DNA from: Malacoraja senta
Lineage: Eukaryota
Length of the DNA: 56,102 bases
Direction of reading: 5' to 3'
NCBI GenBank assembly: GCA_038087875.1
Contig: JAXLNO010000083.1
Coordinates: 1 to 56,102, forward strand
In this document: positions 33,784-46,964 of the stretch, in pieces
How the letters are laid out: each line of letters opens with the position of its first letter
Position numbering within the stretch: position 1 is the first letter of the stretch
Position numbers and translations under genes: made by a program
The notes under the pieces: generated by a model
Told to the model about the DNA's origin: nothing
Databases searched by the model: none
Seen by the model: the letters and a program-made list of their open reading frames with translations, nothing else

Positions 33784-36366
33784 GGAGACCACTGTGTTAG
33801 CGTCTGTTTGATCTGGTTTAACAGAATGATAAAATTCTCTTTGAAATGATCCTTGTATTTCCTCGTAACTGAAATGCCCAAGTATAAGAGCTTGTTTTTT
33901 TTCAATTTTGAATGGCAAGTTGGTAAGATCCGAGGGTTGTACTTCATTGTTAATGGGAAACAGTTCGCTTTTTCCAAGATTTATCTTATAACCTGAAAAT
34001 TGACCAAAATTATTGAGCAGTGACACAGCAGAATGCAGAGAGGTGCCTGGGTTTGAGACAAAAAGCAAAAGGTCGTCAGCATATAGTGAGACCTTATGCT
34101 GTGTACTGCCCTCCAAATACCGGCTATGTCCTCACAGCTGCGAAAGGCCAAGGCAAGTGGTTCGATGGCCATGTCAAAAAGCAGGGGGCTCAGAGGACAC
34201 CCCTGGCGGGTTCCACGATGCAAGTTGAACGACTTGGACAACTGGGAATTAGTCCGAACTGAGGCTGTGAGATGAGAGTATAGTAACCTGATCCATGAAA
34301 TAAAGTTTGTTCCAAAACCAAAATTTGTCCAGAACAGCCCATAGATAGACCCACTCAACGCGATCAAATGCTTTGTCTGCATCAATAGATACGACACACT
34401 CAGGGACATCCTCAGAAGCAGAGTAGACAATATCTAATAATTGACGTATGTTAAAGAAGGAATGTCTGCTCTTAACAAAGCCGGTTTGGTCCTCAGATAT
34501 AACAGTAGGGAGGGCATTTTCTAGTCTACGAGCTAGAACCTTAGCTAAAATGTTAGCATCCATGTTTAGAAGGGAGACGGGTCTGTAGGAAGCGCATTCG
34601 GTTGGATCATTACCTTTTTTGGCGATAAGAGTAATACAGGCTTTGGCAAAGGATGGAGGAAGAGAACCTTGTCTGTAGGATTCAGATAGAATGGAACACA
34701 ACTGTGGGGAAAGGAGTAGGGAGAACTTTTTTTAAAACTCTGCCGGGAAGCCATCAGGGCTCGGACATTAGCCTGATTGCATTGTGGAAATGGCTGAAGC
34801 TATTTCTGCCTGTGATATGGGTTCATCCAATCTTTCCCTAAAATCTAATGAGAGTTTGGGAATATTTAGACTGCTCAGAAAGTCATGCATTACCTTATGA
34901 TCCGGTTGAGATTCTGAAGTATAAAGCTGGAATAAAAGTCTCTGAAAGCGTCAATAATTTGCAAGTGATCCAAAGTGAACTGGCCATTAAGCATGCGAAT
35001 TTTAGAAATATTCTGTCTCGCTTTAGCACCTTTAAGTTGATTTGCAAGTAATTTGTCAGTTTTATCTCCATATGTATAAAACATGGCTTTATTTTTTTAA
35101 AGTATGTGTTCAATTGAGTGATTAGTGAGTACGTCAAATTTGGTTTTGAGTTCCAATCGTCTTTTATAAAGAGTTGGATTTTGAGTTTGCGCGTATTGCT
35201 TGTCAATTTCTAAATTTTATGAGCAAGATCTAAATGCTCTTTATTGGATTTTTGCTTCATTTGAGCAGTGTAAGATATGATGTGCCCCCCAAAGGTAAGC
35301 CTTAAAGGCATCCCATACGATCAGGCTAGAGATTTCAGAGGATATATTGGTGGGGAAAAAAAAGGCTGTCTCTCTTTCCATAAACTGTACAAACTTATCA
35401 TCCGAGAGCAAAGTTGAATTGAATCGCCACTGCCTACTCTTTTGAGGGAGATCTGGAAGGGACAAGGCCAGAGCAATAGGGGCATGGTCAGAAATGACAA
35501 TACTCTCATAGTCACAGGAATGAACCAGGGGTACAAGTTGTTTGTCAAGAAATAAATAGTCAATTCTAGAATACGTATGATGGACGTGAGAAAAATGAGT
35601 ATTCCTTATCTTGTGGATGTAAAGAGCGCCACACATCGCAGACACCGTACTGGGAGAGAAAGGCTTGGATGAAACAAGCTGATTTACTTACTGTACTGAG
35701 GTGCCGATTTGACAACATTTTACAGATTCAGCTACAGCAAGCTACAAAGGTCTGTTGCAGCCTCCACACTGTATGACTCATGACCCTCGTCGCACGGCCC
35801 ACTTTAGCCCTTGTTCCCAGGGATGGGGCGCCTCTTGCAGCCAATCCCTGAGGTCGCAAAAGGTAAGACCCCCTCGCTGTTCTCCTTTGTCCAGCATCCG
35901 CCGCCATCCCCGTCTCCCTCTCCTTCCACCTTCTCTCCAATTACCCAGTCTGCAGGTGCGAGAAGGGGCCGAGCTTGGCCCTCTCACTGTCCGGGCGAGT
36001 TTCTGGTTCTGTGTCGGGTGAGGTGGACCAACATTGCCTTTTCTGCATTGAGTGCTAGATAGATAGATAGATAGATAGACAGATAGAAGGGAAACTGACC
36101 CTTCAGCCCCATTCACACATGGCGATGAAGGTGTCAACCTGACCTTGTCACATTTGCCTGCATTTGGCCCACATCACTCCAAACTTTTCCAATCATTGAA
36201 CCTGTCCGTATGTCTTTTAAATGTTGTAATTGTACCTGCCTCTGTCATTTCATCTGGAGGCCCATTCCAATTACTGTTGGAGATTCTATGCTTATGTAAA
36301 AAAAAAGATGAGTAAGAGGAAATGTGCAGTCCGAACAAAAAATGAAAACACCTATTGGAATAAGGA

Positions 36367-36463
36367 ATCTGAAGAAAGGTTTCGACCCGAAACGTTGCCT
36401 ATTTCCTTCGCTCCATAGATGTTGCCTCACCCGCTGAGTTTCTCCAGCATTTTAGTCTACCTT
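36367..36463 (+). mobile_element. Short Penelope-derived unit headed by a hammerhead-like motif
   Basis: Exact 15-bp TSD ctattggaataagga at 36352-36366 and 36464-36478. CTGAAGA...GAAACGTT core starts at 36369. Confidence 0.88.
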
Positions 36464-37257
36464 CTATTGGAATAAGGATATGGCAGAGGAACGTTGTGTC
36501 TGTAGAAACAAGAAACTGCAGATGCTGGTTTACTTTAAAGGGACCTGCAGAAGGGTCGCAACTCAACGTCACCTGTCCATGTTTTACAGAGATGCTGCCT
36601 GACCCGCTGAGTTACTCCAGCACATGTTTCCAGCATTGTGTCTGATTTCATTTTAGAAGACACAAAGTGCTCCCATAAATAACAGAGAACTAAACTACAA
36701 ACACATCTCAGAAGTAATGGAGAACAAATCTTCCAGATGCAAAAGATACGTTTTTGTAAATAAATACTAATGGAGAGGTTAAAGAAAATGTAAACTGATA
36801 AATCCCAAGTACCAGATGAGCCACATCCCCGAGTTTTGATACAAATGGTTGTCGCGTTAATGGATGTTATTCATCATCTTCCAGTATCTCCAGATTCTAC
36901 AATGGTTCCTGGAGATTGTAGGCTCGCATATGTGACCCCTCTATTCAGGAAAGGAATGAGCAAAAGAACAGGCAGCTAGTTTCTTGTTAACCTGACTGTT
37001 AGTAGTTATTAAAATGCTGGAATCTATCCTCGAGGATTTGACATCAAGATATTTAGAAGACAATGACATGACTGAGTGTGGAGTCAATGAAAATGGATCA
37101 AATGGGAACAATGTTTGATTGATCGATTGAGTTCTTTAGGAATGTATATGATAAAAACAATTCCATGTTTATCATAACATATGTTCCCTGAAGGTGGTGA
37201 CTTGGGAGGACAGGATAGAAATGAGGCGTTTGACATGATTGCCTTCATTGAGAATGA

Positions 37258-37550
37258 AGGCAGGTCAGTGGCGCAGTGGTAGAGCTGTTGCCTTACAATG
37301 CCGCAGAACAGGGTTCGATCCTGACTAGGGATGCAGTCCGTACGGAGTTTGTAAGTTCTCCCTGTCACCATGTGGGTTTTCTCCGGGTGCCTCCCACACT
37401 CTAAAGATGGACAGGTTAATTGGCTTCTGTAAATTGTAAATTGTCCCCAGTGTATAGGATAGTGCTAGTGTACAGGGTGATTGCTGGTCGGCACGGACTC
37501 GGTGGGCCGAAGAGCCTGTTTCTGCCCTGAGTCCCTAAAGTCTGTAGTCT
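37258..37550 (+). mobile_element. HE1/V-SINE-type SINE
   Basis: A box tggcgcagtgg, B box ggttcgatcc. Confidence 0.85.
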
Positions 37551-39476
37551 GAAGGAAGAGGTATTCAGTACAAAAGTTGGGACATCATGATACATCTGTA
37601 TCAGTCATTGATGAAAATATGGAGTACTATGCAGTTCTGGTTGCCCAACTATAGAACAAAGAACAGCACAGCACAGGAACAGAGCCTACACCCACAATGT
37701 CCATGCCAAACATGACACCAGGCTAAATTAAGCTCCTCTACCTGCACGTGATCCATATCCTTCCAATAGGAAGGATGTCATTATGTTGGAAAGGGTGGAG
37801 AAGAGATTCAACAGGATGTTACAGGGATTTGTGGGCATGAGTTATAAGGAGAGGCGAGGATATTATTTCTTTGGAGTGTAGGAGGCTGAGGGATGACCTT
37901 ATTGACGTATACAAAATCATGATGGGCATGGATAAACTGAATACTCCATAGTCTTTTTATCAGGGTGGAGGATTTTAAAACTGGCTTGAGGTGAGAAAGG
38001 AGAGATTTAAGACAGACCTCAGGAGCAACTTTTTCCCTCACAGAGAACTTCTTACGAGCTACCAGAGGAAGTTATGGGAGCGGATGCAATCACAACTTTC
38101 AAAAGGCATTTGGATGGAGACATGGATAAGAAGGGTTTGGAGGGTACAGGCCAAATGCAGGCATATGGGATTTACCTAGAATGCCAACTTGTCCAACGTC
38201 ATGGACACGTTGGGTCAAATGTCCGTTTCTATGCTGTAGAGCTCTATGGCTATAAGAGCCCTCTGCACCTATGGCAGTTTTCTGACCATTTCGTCAGTCC
38301 TCTTCCTTCGATTATTAACCTGTTCTCTCCCACGTGGTCATCGTCTTCCCCACCACCTTCACATACCCTGAGAAACGCACACGTCCAGATTCAGGGACAG
38401 TTTCCTCTCAGCTGTTATAAGGCAAATGAACCATCCTATCACCAACTAGAGAGTGGTCCTGAGCTACCATCTTTCTCACTGGAGGCTCATTTGATTGTAA
38501 TCGTGTGTAGTCTTTTCGCTGACTATCTAGCATGCAGCAAAAAAGTTTTTCACTGTAGTTCGGTACACGTGACAATAAGAATCTAAACTAGACAATAGCA
38601 TTTGGGAGGGCAATGGAGAAACATATTTTTAAATTCTTGATCTCCATGTGTTGAAGGCGCTCTCTCGCTGGATAGCGTGCAGCAATAAAGCTTCTCACTG
38701 TACCTCAATATGCGCGACAATAACAAACTAAACTAAACTAAACATCATTGGGAGGAGAGCAGAGCACCAGTGTGAACGTGCATACTCCACACAGGCAGCG
38801 GGGTTACTGGAGCAGCCGGTCACTGTGCCTCCCCTACTCCACATGACATGGACCGGTGCATGTTTTTTTACAGTAGACTTTCCCGAAGGTCCCACACAGG
38901 AGGTTGATGAAGAAATTGAGAATGTGTGAAGTTGCAGTGACTTGCTGGTGTGCTCTGGGTACTGGTTAAGAGTAGGAAAGCAAAAAGTAGGAACAAATTA
39001 TATCTTTACAGGTCGGTACAGTTTTGCAAGTGCTAGCCTTGGAGACCCTGACTATTCTATTCACAGCCTATGTCTACTGTTTGTATGGAAAATTATGAGA
39101 GGCATAGACAGGGTAGACAGCAAGAACCTTATCCCCTCCCACCCCCACACCCCAGGGTGTAAATGCAAACAGTAGAAGGCATAGTTATATGGTGAGAGGG
39201 GGGAAGTTTAATGGAGATATGCGGGACAAGCCAGGACACATTGCCAGAGGTGGTGGTGGAGGCAGATAAGATAGTGGCATTGAAGATGCTTTTGGATAGG
39301 CACATGGATTTGCAGGGAATAGAGGGATATGGATCATGTAATGGCAGAGGAGATCAGTTTAACTTCGCACCATGCTCGGCACAGACATTGTGGGACTATA
39401 TGTTTGGTTCAGGGGATTAGATTTGCTGGTGATGTCAGACTAAGTGGGAATGTGAGTGGCGATGAGTGGCGACAAA

Positions 39477-40000
39477 GTTTTAGTTTAGTTTAGTTTATTG
39501 TCACGTGTACCGAGGTACAGTGAAAAGCATTTTGTTGCGTGTTAACCAGTCAGCGTAAAAACTATACATGATTACAATCGAGCCGTCCATAGTGTACAGG
39601 TACAGGAATAATGTTTAGTACTGGATAAAGTCCAGTAAAGTTCGATTAAAGATAGTCCGAGGGTCTCCAATGAGAAAGATTGTAACTCTGGACCCTTCTC
39701 TAGTTGGTGATAGGATGGTTCAATTGCCTGATAACAGTTGGGAAGAAACTGTCCCTGAATCTGGAGGTGTGTGTTTTCACACTTCTGTACCTCTAGCCTG
39801 ATGGGAGAAGAGGGAGTGATCGAGATGAAACTCATATTTGACTATGCTGCTGGCCATGCCAAGGCAGCATGAAGTGTAGATGGAATCAGTGGAAGGGAGG
39901 TTGGTTTATGTGATGGTCTGGGCTGTGTCCTCAATTCTCTGGAATTTCTTGCGGTCTTGGATGGAGCTGTTCCCAAACCAAGCTGTGACGCATCCTGATA
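39477..40000 (-). mobile_element. Rex1/Babar 3' end
   Basis: (tttag)n tail, ttattgtcacgtgtaccgaggtacagtgaa hairpin region, and ORF-end remnants. Confidence 0.85.
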
Positions 40001-40284
40001 AAATGGTGTGTTGAGACAGAAGATTGGCGATGATCCTGTTGAATGGTAGTACTCCTACTCCTGTTCACATGTCATACCTTTGCATCATCTCACGTATTAG
40101 ATGGGCACATGGAAGTGCAGGGAATAGAGGGATATGGATCATGTATATCGATCCTATGGATCATGTCCAGGCAGATAAGATCAGTTCATCACAGTGGGGA
40201 TCCACATAACTCAATATGGACAATTGATGTGTTATTTGCATGTCGAGAAAAAGAGAGAGAGAATATAACTACCATAAGTCAACA

Positions 40285-40500
40285 CGTTGGTGCAGAGGTA
40301 GAGTTGCTGCCTTACTTCGCCAGAGACCCGGGTTCCATCCTGACTACGGGTGCTGGCTGTACGAGTTTGTACGTTCTCTCCGTGACCTGTGGGGGTTTTC
40401 TCCGGGATCCCTGGTTTACTCCCACACTCCAATGACGTAAAGGTTTGTAGGTTAATTGGCTTGGTAAAATTATAAATTGTCCCTAGTGTGTGTAGAACAA
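40285..40500 (+). mobile_element. HE1/V-SINE-type SINE, 3' truncated
   Basis: Head and central domain present. Confidence 0.8.
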
Positions 40501-40524
40501 TATTATATCCACTCATCCCCCAGC

Positions 40525-41000
<476 letters not shown>

Positions 41001-41539
41001 TCGACATGCAATAACACTTCAGTTATCCATATTGAGTTCAGTGGATGCAAGGGGTTCTGCTGTTGAGCATACAACCTTATTGATTCACTAGGTTTACCAG
41101 AGCTTGGCAGGTTATAATATATGTGCGAGGGAGCCCAAGTACTGTTGGCAGTATTAATATTCATTTAATGACTCGGTTGGAATTTATTGACAATGTTTAA
41201 CACAGTTGGAGGAAGGGAGAGAATTAGAAAACTTAATGTTGCTGACACTTACATTGTTTATTGCTCACGCTGCAGACTTGGATTAATCCAGGTTCAATAT
41301 TTATTTATTACAGAGGTTAATATTACACGTTTTTAATTGAGTATTGAACTTCCTTCATTTGGGTGAATCTAATTTTGGTGTGAGGGAGCAGAACAAAATG
41401 TGTAGAACATGCATACCAGAGGGGTTTGGATCGTTCAGACCCAATAGATGAATGCGACTGTGATCGTGTATCATTTGCAAGTATTTATCTGGTGCTGCAT
41501 CAGTTACCGTGCAAAGACTAAGTACATTGACTTAAGTCA

Positions 41540-41880
41540 ATAGTGAAAGGCCTGGATAGAGTGGATGTGGAGAGGATGTTTCCTCTCCCGAGGATGTGGG
41601 AGAGTATAGAACCAGAGAGCACAGCCTCAGAATAAAAGGACTTACCTTTAGAAAGGAGATGAGGAGGAATTTATTTAGTCAGAGTGTGGTAAATCTGTGG
41701 AGGCCAAGTCATTGGATATGTTAATGCAGATTCTTGATTAGTACGGGTGTCAGGGGTTATGTGGAGAAGGTAGGAGAATGGGGTTGAGAGGGAAAGATAG
41801 ATCAGCCATGATTGAATGGCAGAGGAGACTTGAAAGGGCCGAATGGCCTAATTCTGCTCCAATAATTTATGAATATATGA
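41540..41880 (+). mobile_element. CR1 3' fragment
   Basis: gatagagtggatgtggagaggatgtttcc through the 3' UTR. Confidence 0.85.
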
Positions 41881-41964
41881 CGTCAGTGCTGAGGCAAATC
41901 GAATCGCTCTGCGAGTAGGAAGTGGAATTGAATTTGTTGTACCATTTGTGGCAGGCTCTCATTA

Positions 41965-42259
41965 GGTTTAGTTTAGTTTGTAGATATAGTGTGGAAACAG
42001 GCCCAACCGAGTCTGTGCCGCCCAGTGACTAGCTCTATCCTGCACACTGGGGACAATTTACAATCTTTACCTAAGCCAATTAACCTACAAACGTGCACGT
42101 CTTTGGAGTGTGGGAGGAAACCGGAGCACCCGGGGAAAGCTCAAGCAGTCATTGGGAGAACATACAAGCTCCGTACAGACAGCACCTACAGTCAGGATCG
42201 AAACTGGGTCCCTGGCGCTGTGAGGCAACATCTCTCCTGCTACACCACTGTGCTGCCCC
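41965..42259 (-). mobile_element. HE1/V-SINE-type SINE
   Basis: Match to the other copies. Confidence 0.85.
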
Positions 42260-43374
42260 TTGTTGCTAAAGTAAATTTTAAATACCTGCTTTAAATATTT
42301 TCCATTGGCCGTCATGGTTGTTTTCAGAGGATCAAACTAAAGATGATTATAGAGTCATAAAACACAGGAGCAGAATTCGACCGATCGAGTCTGCTCCACC
42401 ATTTGATCATGGTTGATCTATCTTTCCTTCCCAATCCCATTCTCCTGCCTTCTCACCATAACCTTTGACACCCTTACTAATCAAGAACCCATCAATTTCC
42501 GTTTAAAAAATATCCAATGACTTGGCCTCCACTGCCATCTGTGCAATGAATTCCACCGATTCACCATTCACCAATTAAATTCCTCCTCAGCTTCACACGA
42601 CTGGGAACATCCTCTCCATATTCATTTTATCTAACGGCTATGTTAACAATACTCAACACCCCATCTTATAACCAATCCTAATCATGCATTTGCAAACCTG
42701 CTCAGCTCTTCTGCAAAACCCTCATACATATTAACAAAAGGAAGGACATCTGGTCCTCACCTTATCCTCAACTTCCATCTAGGGTCCAGACTCCTTGGAG
42801 CTTTGACTCACAGCTTACAACTTTCACAGAAAGAGGTCAAGCAGGCTTTGCAAATACAGAGATTCTCCATTTTGTGAAATCTTATATTTGGCCAATTACA
42901 AAATTTGGATTAATTCAAAAGGCCGCACTTAGTGGCCTAGAAGGCTGCACGTTCCCCACCCCTGATCTAGCCCTTCCATTCCTCAGTAGATTTCAATAAG
43001 ATTCTCCCTCATCCTTCCAAACTCCAGGGAGTACAAGCCCAGAGCCATCAAACCTCCTCATACATTACCACAGGGGCTGAAAATGAAGCCCCATTAAATT
43101 TAAAAAAAAAAGTATATTTATGCCCATGAAGCTACGAGGATTGTCGTACAATACACACTTATGCTCATACATATATACATCAGGGAAGGAAATTGTCCAT
43201 CCTTTTGTGGCATAGATAGGGCGAATGCACACAGTCCTTTTCACAGGGCAGGGAATCGAGAACTAAAGGGCAGAGGTTTAAGGTGAGAAGAGAAAGATTT
43301 ATTAGAAAGCTAAGGGTGGTGCGTATATGGAACGAGCTGGTTGGAGTGGGTATAATAATAACAGTTAAAAGATA

Positions 43375-43540
43375 AGACACAAAATGGTGGAGTAACAGAG
43401 CGGGTCAGGCAGAAACCCGGGAGAACATAGATTGATGATGTTTTAGGTCGCCTATCCATGTTCTCCAGGGATGCTGCCTGACCCGCTGAATTACTCCAAC
43501 ATCTTTCCATAGCAGACCAGCATCTGCAGTCCCTTGTTTC
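43375..43540. mobile_element. Inverted pair of Penelope-derived units inserted in a CR1 remnant
   Basis: 15-bp TSD with 1 mismatch, aacagt(t/c)aaaagata at 43360-43374 and 43541-43555. Confidence 0.8.
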
Positions 43541-43869
43541 AACAGTCAAAAGATATTTGGGCAGGTACATGAATAGGAAAGTTTTGAGAGGGATATCGGC
43601 CATGTGCAGGTAAATGGGAATACCATTGATCAGTGATACAAGGAACTACAGAAGATGGTTTACAAAATTGGTGCATTGTTCTCCAGAGCTGATGCCTGAC
43701 CCTCTGAGATACTGCAGCACTTCCTGTCTTTTTTAGCTCAGATCGGTGTCTTCGACGGCGTGATAAGTTGGGCCGAAGGGCCTGCTTTCATGCTGTATGA
43801 CTCTAGGTCAGTTTGTCTGGCTGTGGAGTTGAATGCTCTTTAAGAGACATGTGATGCATTTTACGCTTT

Positions 43870-44276
43870 CTTTACTTTAGTTTACTTTAGTTTATAGAGA
43901 TACAGCGCGAAAACAGGCCCTTCGACCCACCGAATCCGCGCCGACCAGCGATCCCTGCACACAAACACTATCCATATAACCATATAACCATACAACAATT
44001 ACAGCACGAAAACAGGCCCTTCGACCCACCAAATCCGCGCCGACCAGCGATCCCCGCACACAAACACTATCCAACACACACTAGGGAGAATTTACATTTA
44101 TACAAAGCCAATTAGCCTACAAACCTGTACGTCTTTGGAATGTGGGAGGAAACCGGAGCACCCGGAGAAAACCCACGCACGTCACAGGGAGAAAATACAA
44201 ATTCCGTACAGACAATACACGTAATCAGGATCGAATCCGGGTCTCTGGCCCTGTGAGGCAGCAGCACTACCGCTGT
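43870..44276 (-). mobile_element. HE1/V-SINE-type SINE with duplicated 3' segment
   Basis: A ~70-bp direct repeat (43901-43973 / 44001-44072) is separated by a (CCATATAA)n tract. Confidence 0.88.
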
Positions 44277-45120
44277 CCTCAGAAGTTGGGTTCATGTCAC
44301 ATCGTTTCCCCTAATTGCCCCCAAAACTGTGATGCTGCTGCAAGTAATGCACATTTTCCATGACTGCACAGTTTTAAACATCAGTCCATTATCTGAGAGC
44401 ACCGTTCAATTGGATTTAAAAGACAGTGCTGAAAATATACAGTTGGTCTGGCAGAATTTTAACTGGAGGAAATAGAGTTAATGCTTCAGGAGACACAAGA
44501 ATCAGGAGCTCAAATATAATCTGTGATGAAAAGGAACTGAAGATGCTGGTTTATATCAAAGATAGACACAAAGTGCTGGAGTAACTCAGCAGCTCAGGCA
44601 GCATTTCTGGAGGAAATGGACCAACTAAACTACTGGAAGAACTTAGGGCTAAGAACTAAGGGCATCAAAGGTATGGGGAGAAAGCAGAAGAATGGGGTTG
44701 AGAGGGAAAAATAGATCGGACATGGGCGGCACAGTAGTGCAGCTGTAGAATTATTCACTGACAGCGACAGAGACCTGGGTTCGATCCTAACTGTGGCTGC
44801 TGACTGTACGCCGTTTGTAAGTTCTCCCTGTGACCGCGTGGATTTTCTCCGGGTGCTACAGACCAAATGGCAGAGCCAAATGCGATAGGCCAAATGGCCC
44901 AATTCTGCTCCTATGTATTATGGTCTTCTGGTCTCATGGGTCAAGCAGTAGAGGCAAAAGAATGGTCGATGTTTTGAGTCAAAATCCTGCATTAGAGGTT
45001 AATGCTTCAGGTGGGCAACCTTTCATCTTGTATTTGTAACCAGCTGAGCCATGGTAAAACATGCCAAGGCACTTAATTCACCTCAGTCACATAAGAGGAT
45101 GCTGCAACTGATGGTTAAAA

Positions 45121-45447
45121 GGGCGGTCATGGTGGCGCAGCGGTAGAGTTGCTGCCTTACAGCAAATGCAGCGCCGGAGACCCGGGTTTGATCCTGACAA
45201 CGGGTGCTGTCTGTACGGAGTTTTACGTTCTCCCCATGACCTCCTGGGTTTTCTCCAAGATCTTCGGTTTCCTCCCACAATCCAAAGACATACAAGTTTG
45301 TAGGCTTATTGGCTTGGTAAATGTAAAAATTGTCCCTAGTGGGTGTTGGATAGTGTTAATGTGCGGGGATCGCTGGTCGGCGCGGACCCGGTGGACCGAA
45401 GGACTTGTTTCCTCGCTGTATCTCTAAACTAAACTAAACTAAACTAA
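45121..45447 (+). mobile_element. HE1/V-SINE-type SINE, full length
   Basis: A box tggcgcagcgg, B-box-like ggtttgatcc, central domain and (ACTAA)4 tail. Confidence 0.9.
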
Positions 45448-45529
45448 AAATGGGCTGAGGGATTAAAGTTTTCAGTTGCTTCTTGAAGGAGGAAAGGAGG
45501 CTAACAGGATTTAGCAAAGGAATTTTGGT

Positions 45530-45805
45530 GCCTGACGACCAAGCACAGACTAGGTCACTACTTTACCAAACACTTGCACTCTGTCTGCAGTGACAATCTT
45601 CAGCTCCCGGTTGCAAGTCATATCATCTCCTCTCCCCCATTCCCACAATTGCCTGACATGTCCATCCTTGGCCTTCTCCACTGCCAAGGTGAGGACAAAT
45701 GCAGAGCATTACATGTGTAGGAAGGAGCTGCAGATGCGGGACAGGCAGCATCTCTGGAGAGAAGGAATGGGTGACGTTTCGGGTCAAGACCCTTGTTCAG
45801 ACTGA
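45530..45805. mobile_element. Penelope GIY-YIG remnant (+) with an inverted terminal unit (-)
   Basis: Translates TKHRLGHYFTKHLHSV...LPVASH...DMSILGLLHCQGE, followed by minus-strand gacgtttcgggtcaagaccc..ttcagactga. Confidence 0.75.
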
Positions 45806-46219
45806 AGAGAACTGAAAAGAACCAGGTTGAGAGGGAAAGATAGATCAGCCCTGATTAATAGCAGAGAAGACTCGATGGGCTGAATGGCCTAATACTGCTC
45901 CTATGACATGAACATATGAAGCATGCCATATGCGTTGTTTACCACCCTATCTACTTGTGTTGGCTTTTTCAGGGAGCTATGGAATTGCTTAGATGTGTAC
46001 CACATACAGGCAGTGCCACAAGGTTAAAATTATTGTAATTTATATTATGTCACATTATCCAACATCACGATTCAACCAATCCTTTTTCATGTGAAGGAAA
46101 AGGTCTTGTTGACACCAATTCAACCCCACCACGCTTGACTTGATGATCAATTTGTGCTAATGGCAGTCCCACATTTTGAGATTATATTCCCCTCTGAGGT
46201 TCTTCTGATTTCAAAACTT

Positions 46220-46540
46220 AGGGGCGGCACTGTGGCGCAGCGGTAGAGTTGCGGCTTTACAGCGCCAGAGACCCGGGTTCCATCCTTACTATGGGTGCTG
46301 TCTTTACGGAGTTTGTACGTTCTCCCTGTGACCCCTTGACCGACCAGCGAGCCCCGCCGACAAACACTATGCTACACGCTAGGGACAATTTCCAAATTTT
46401 GTGGAGGAAACTGAAGCATCCAGAGAAAACCAACGCAGGTCAAGGGGAGAACGTAAAATCTCTGTGCGCACTGCACCCGTGGTCAGGATCGGTCCCAGGT
46501 ATCTGATGCCGTAAGGCAGCAACTTTATTGCTGCGCCACG
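46220..46540. mobile_element. Two HE1-type SINE pieces fused in opposite orientation
   Basis: A plus-strand head (46220-46332) abuts a minus-strand copy (46335-46540). Confidence 0.75.
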
Positions 46541-46964
46541 ATTGTGTTGATGAAAGGGAATCAGGTATCAGAAAGATTAACGTTTGATTCCTACAATCGC
46601 AGATGCTGCCTGATCAGCTGAGCATCTCCAGATCATCAGTTTCAGCTGCAATCCCAGCGTTATCCATCCCCCACATGACTTGTTTCTAACATCCCCGAGA
46701 CACGCAAAGATTGACTTGGCAGATTGATTGGTGCAGCCACTGGCTGCCCAACAATAAACACTCTTTCTGCTCAAGACCAAAATTCACTGCAGGGAATTCT
46801 CTCTAATTTAGTAGACGGCATTTCTGCTCACAATGCAGTCTCCTCGAAGCAAGAAATCAAACCAGGGCGAGCTAAATGCTTCATTGAACATTCCTGTTTC
46901 TGTTGACATATGCAGTCCTAACTCCTTGAGGCTCCACAATTTAACCTTCCCATTGCCACTACAA

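Larger units (their letters stand above)
30005..35697 (-). mobile_element. L1-clade LINE, 5'-truncated within the endonuclease domain, split by a CR1
   Basis: ORF2 pieces: YSRIDY..SDHAP (EN), YRPVSLLN, RGTRQGCPLSP, LYADDLL and CxxC..H...C. Poly(T) at 30005-30012. 9-bp TSD with 1 mismatch, gaggtgtcg (29996-30004) / gaggtgccg (35698-35706). Confidence 0.92.
36250..38250 (+). mobile_element. Old, heavily degraded CR1 ORF2 interrupted by younger inserts
   Basis: Remnants RFYAYVK and gataaatcccaagtaccagatg (KSP.PD), then gcagttctggttgcccaactatag and a 3' UTR. Confidence 0.65.

Noticed and set aside
45121..45200. tRNA gene calls for the A/B-box-containing heads
   Set aside because: Each head continues into the SINE body and tail and lacks a proper cloverleaf, so these are SINE heads.
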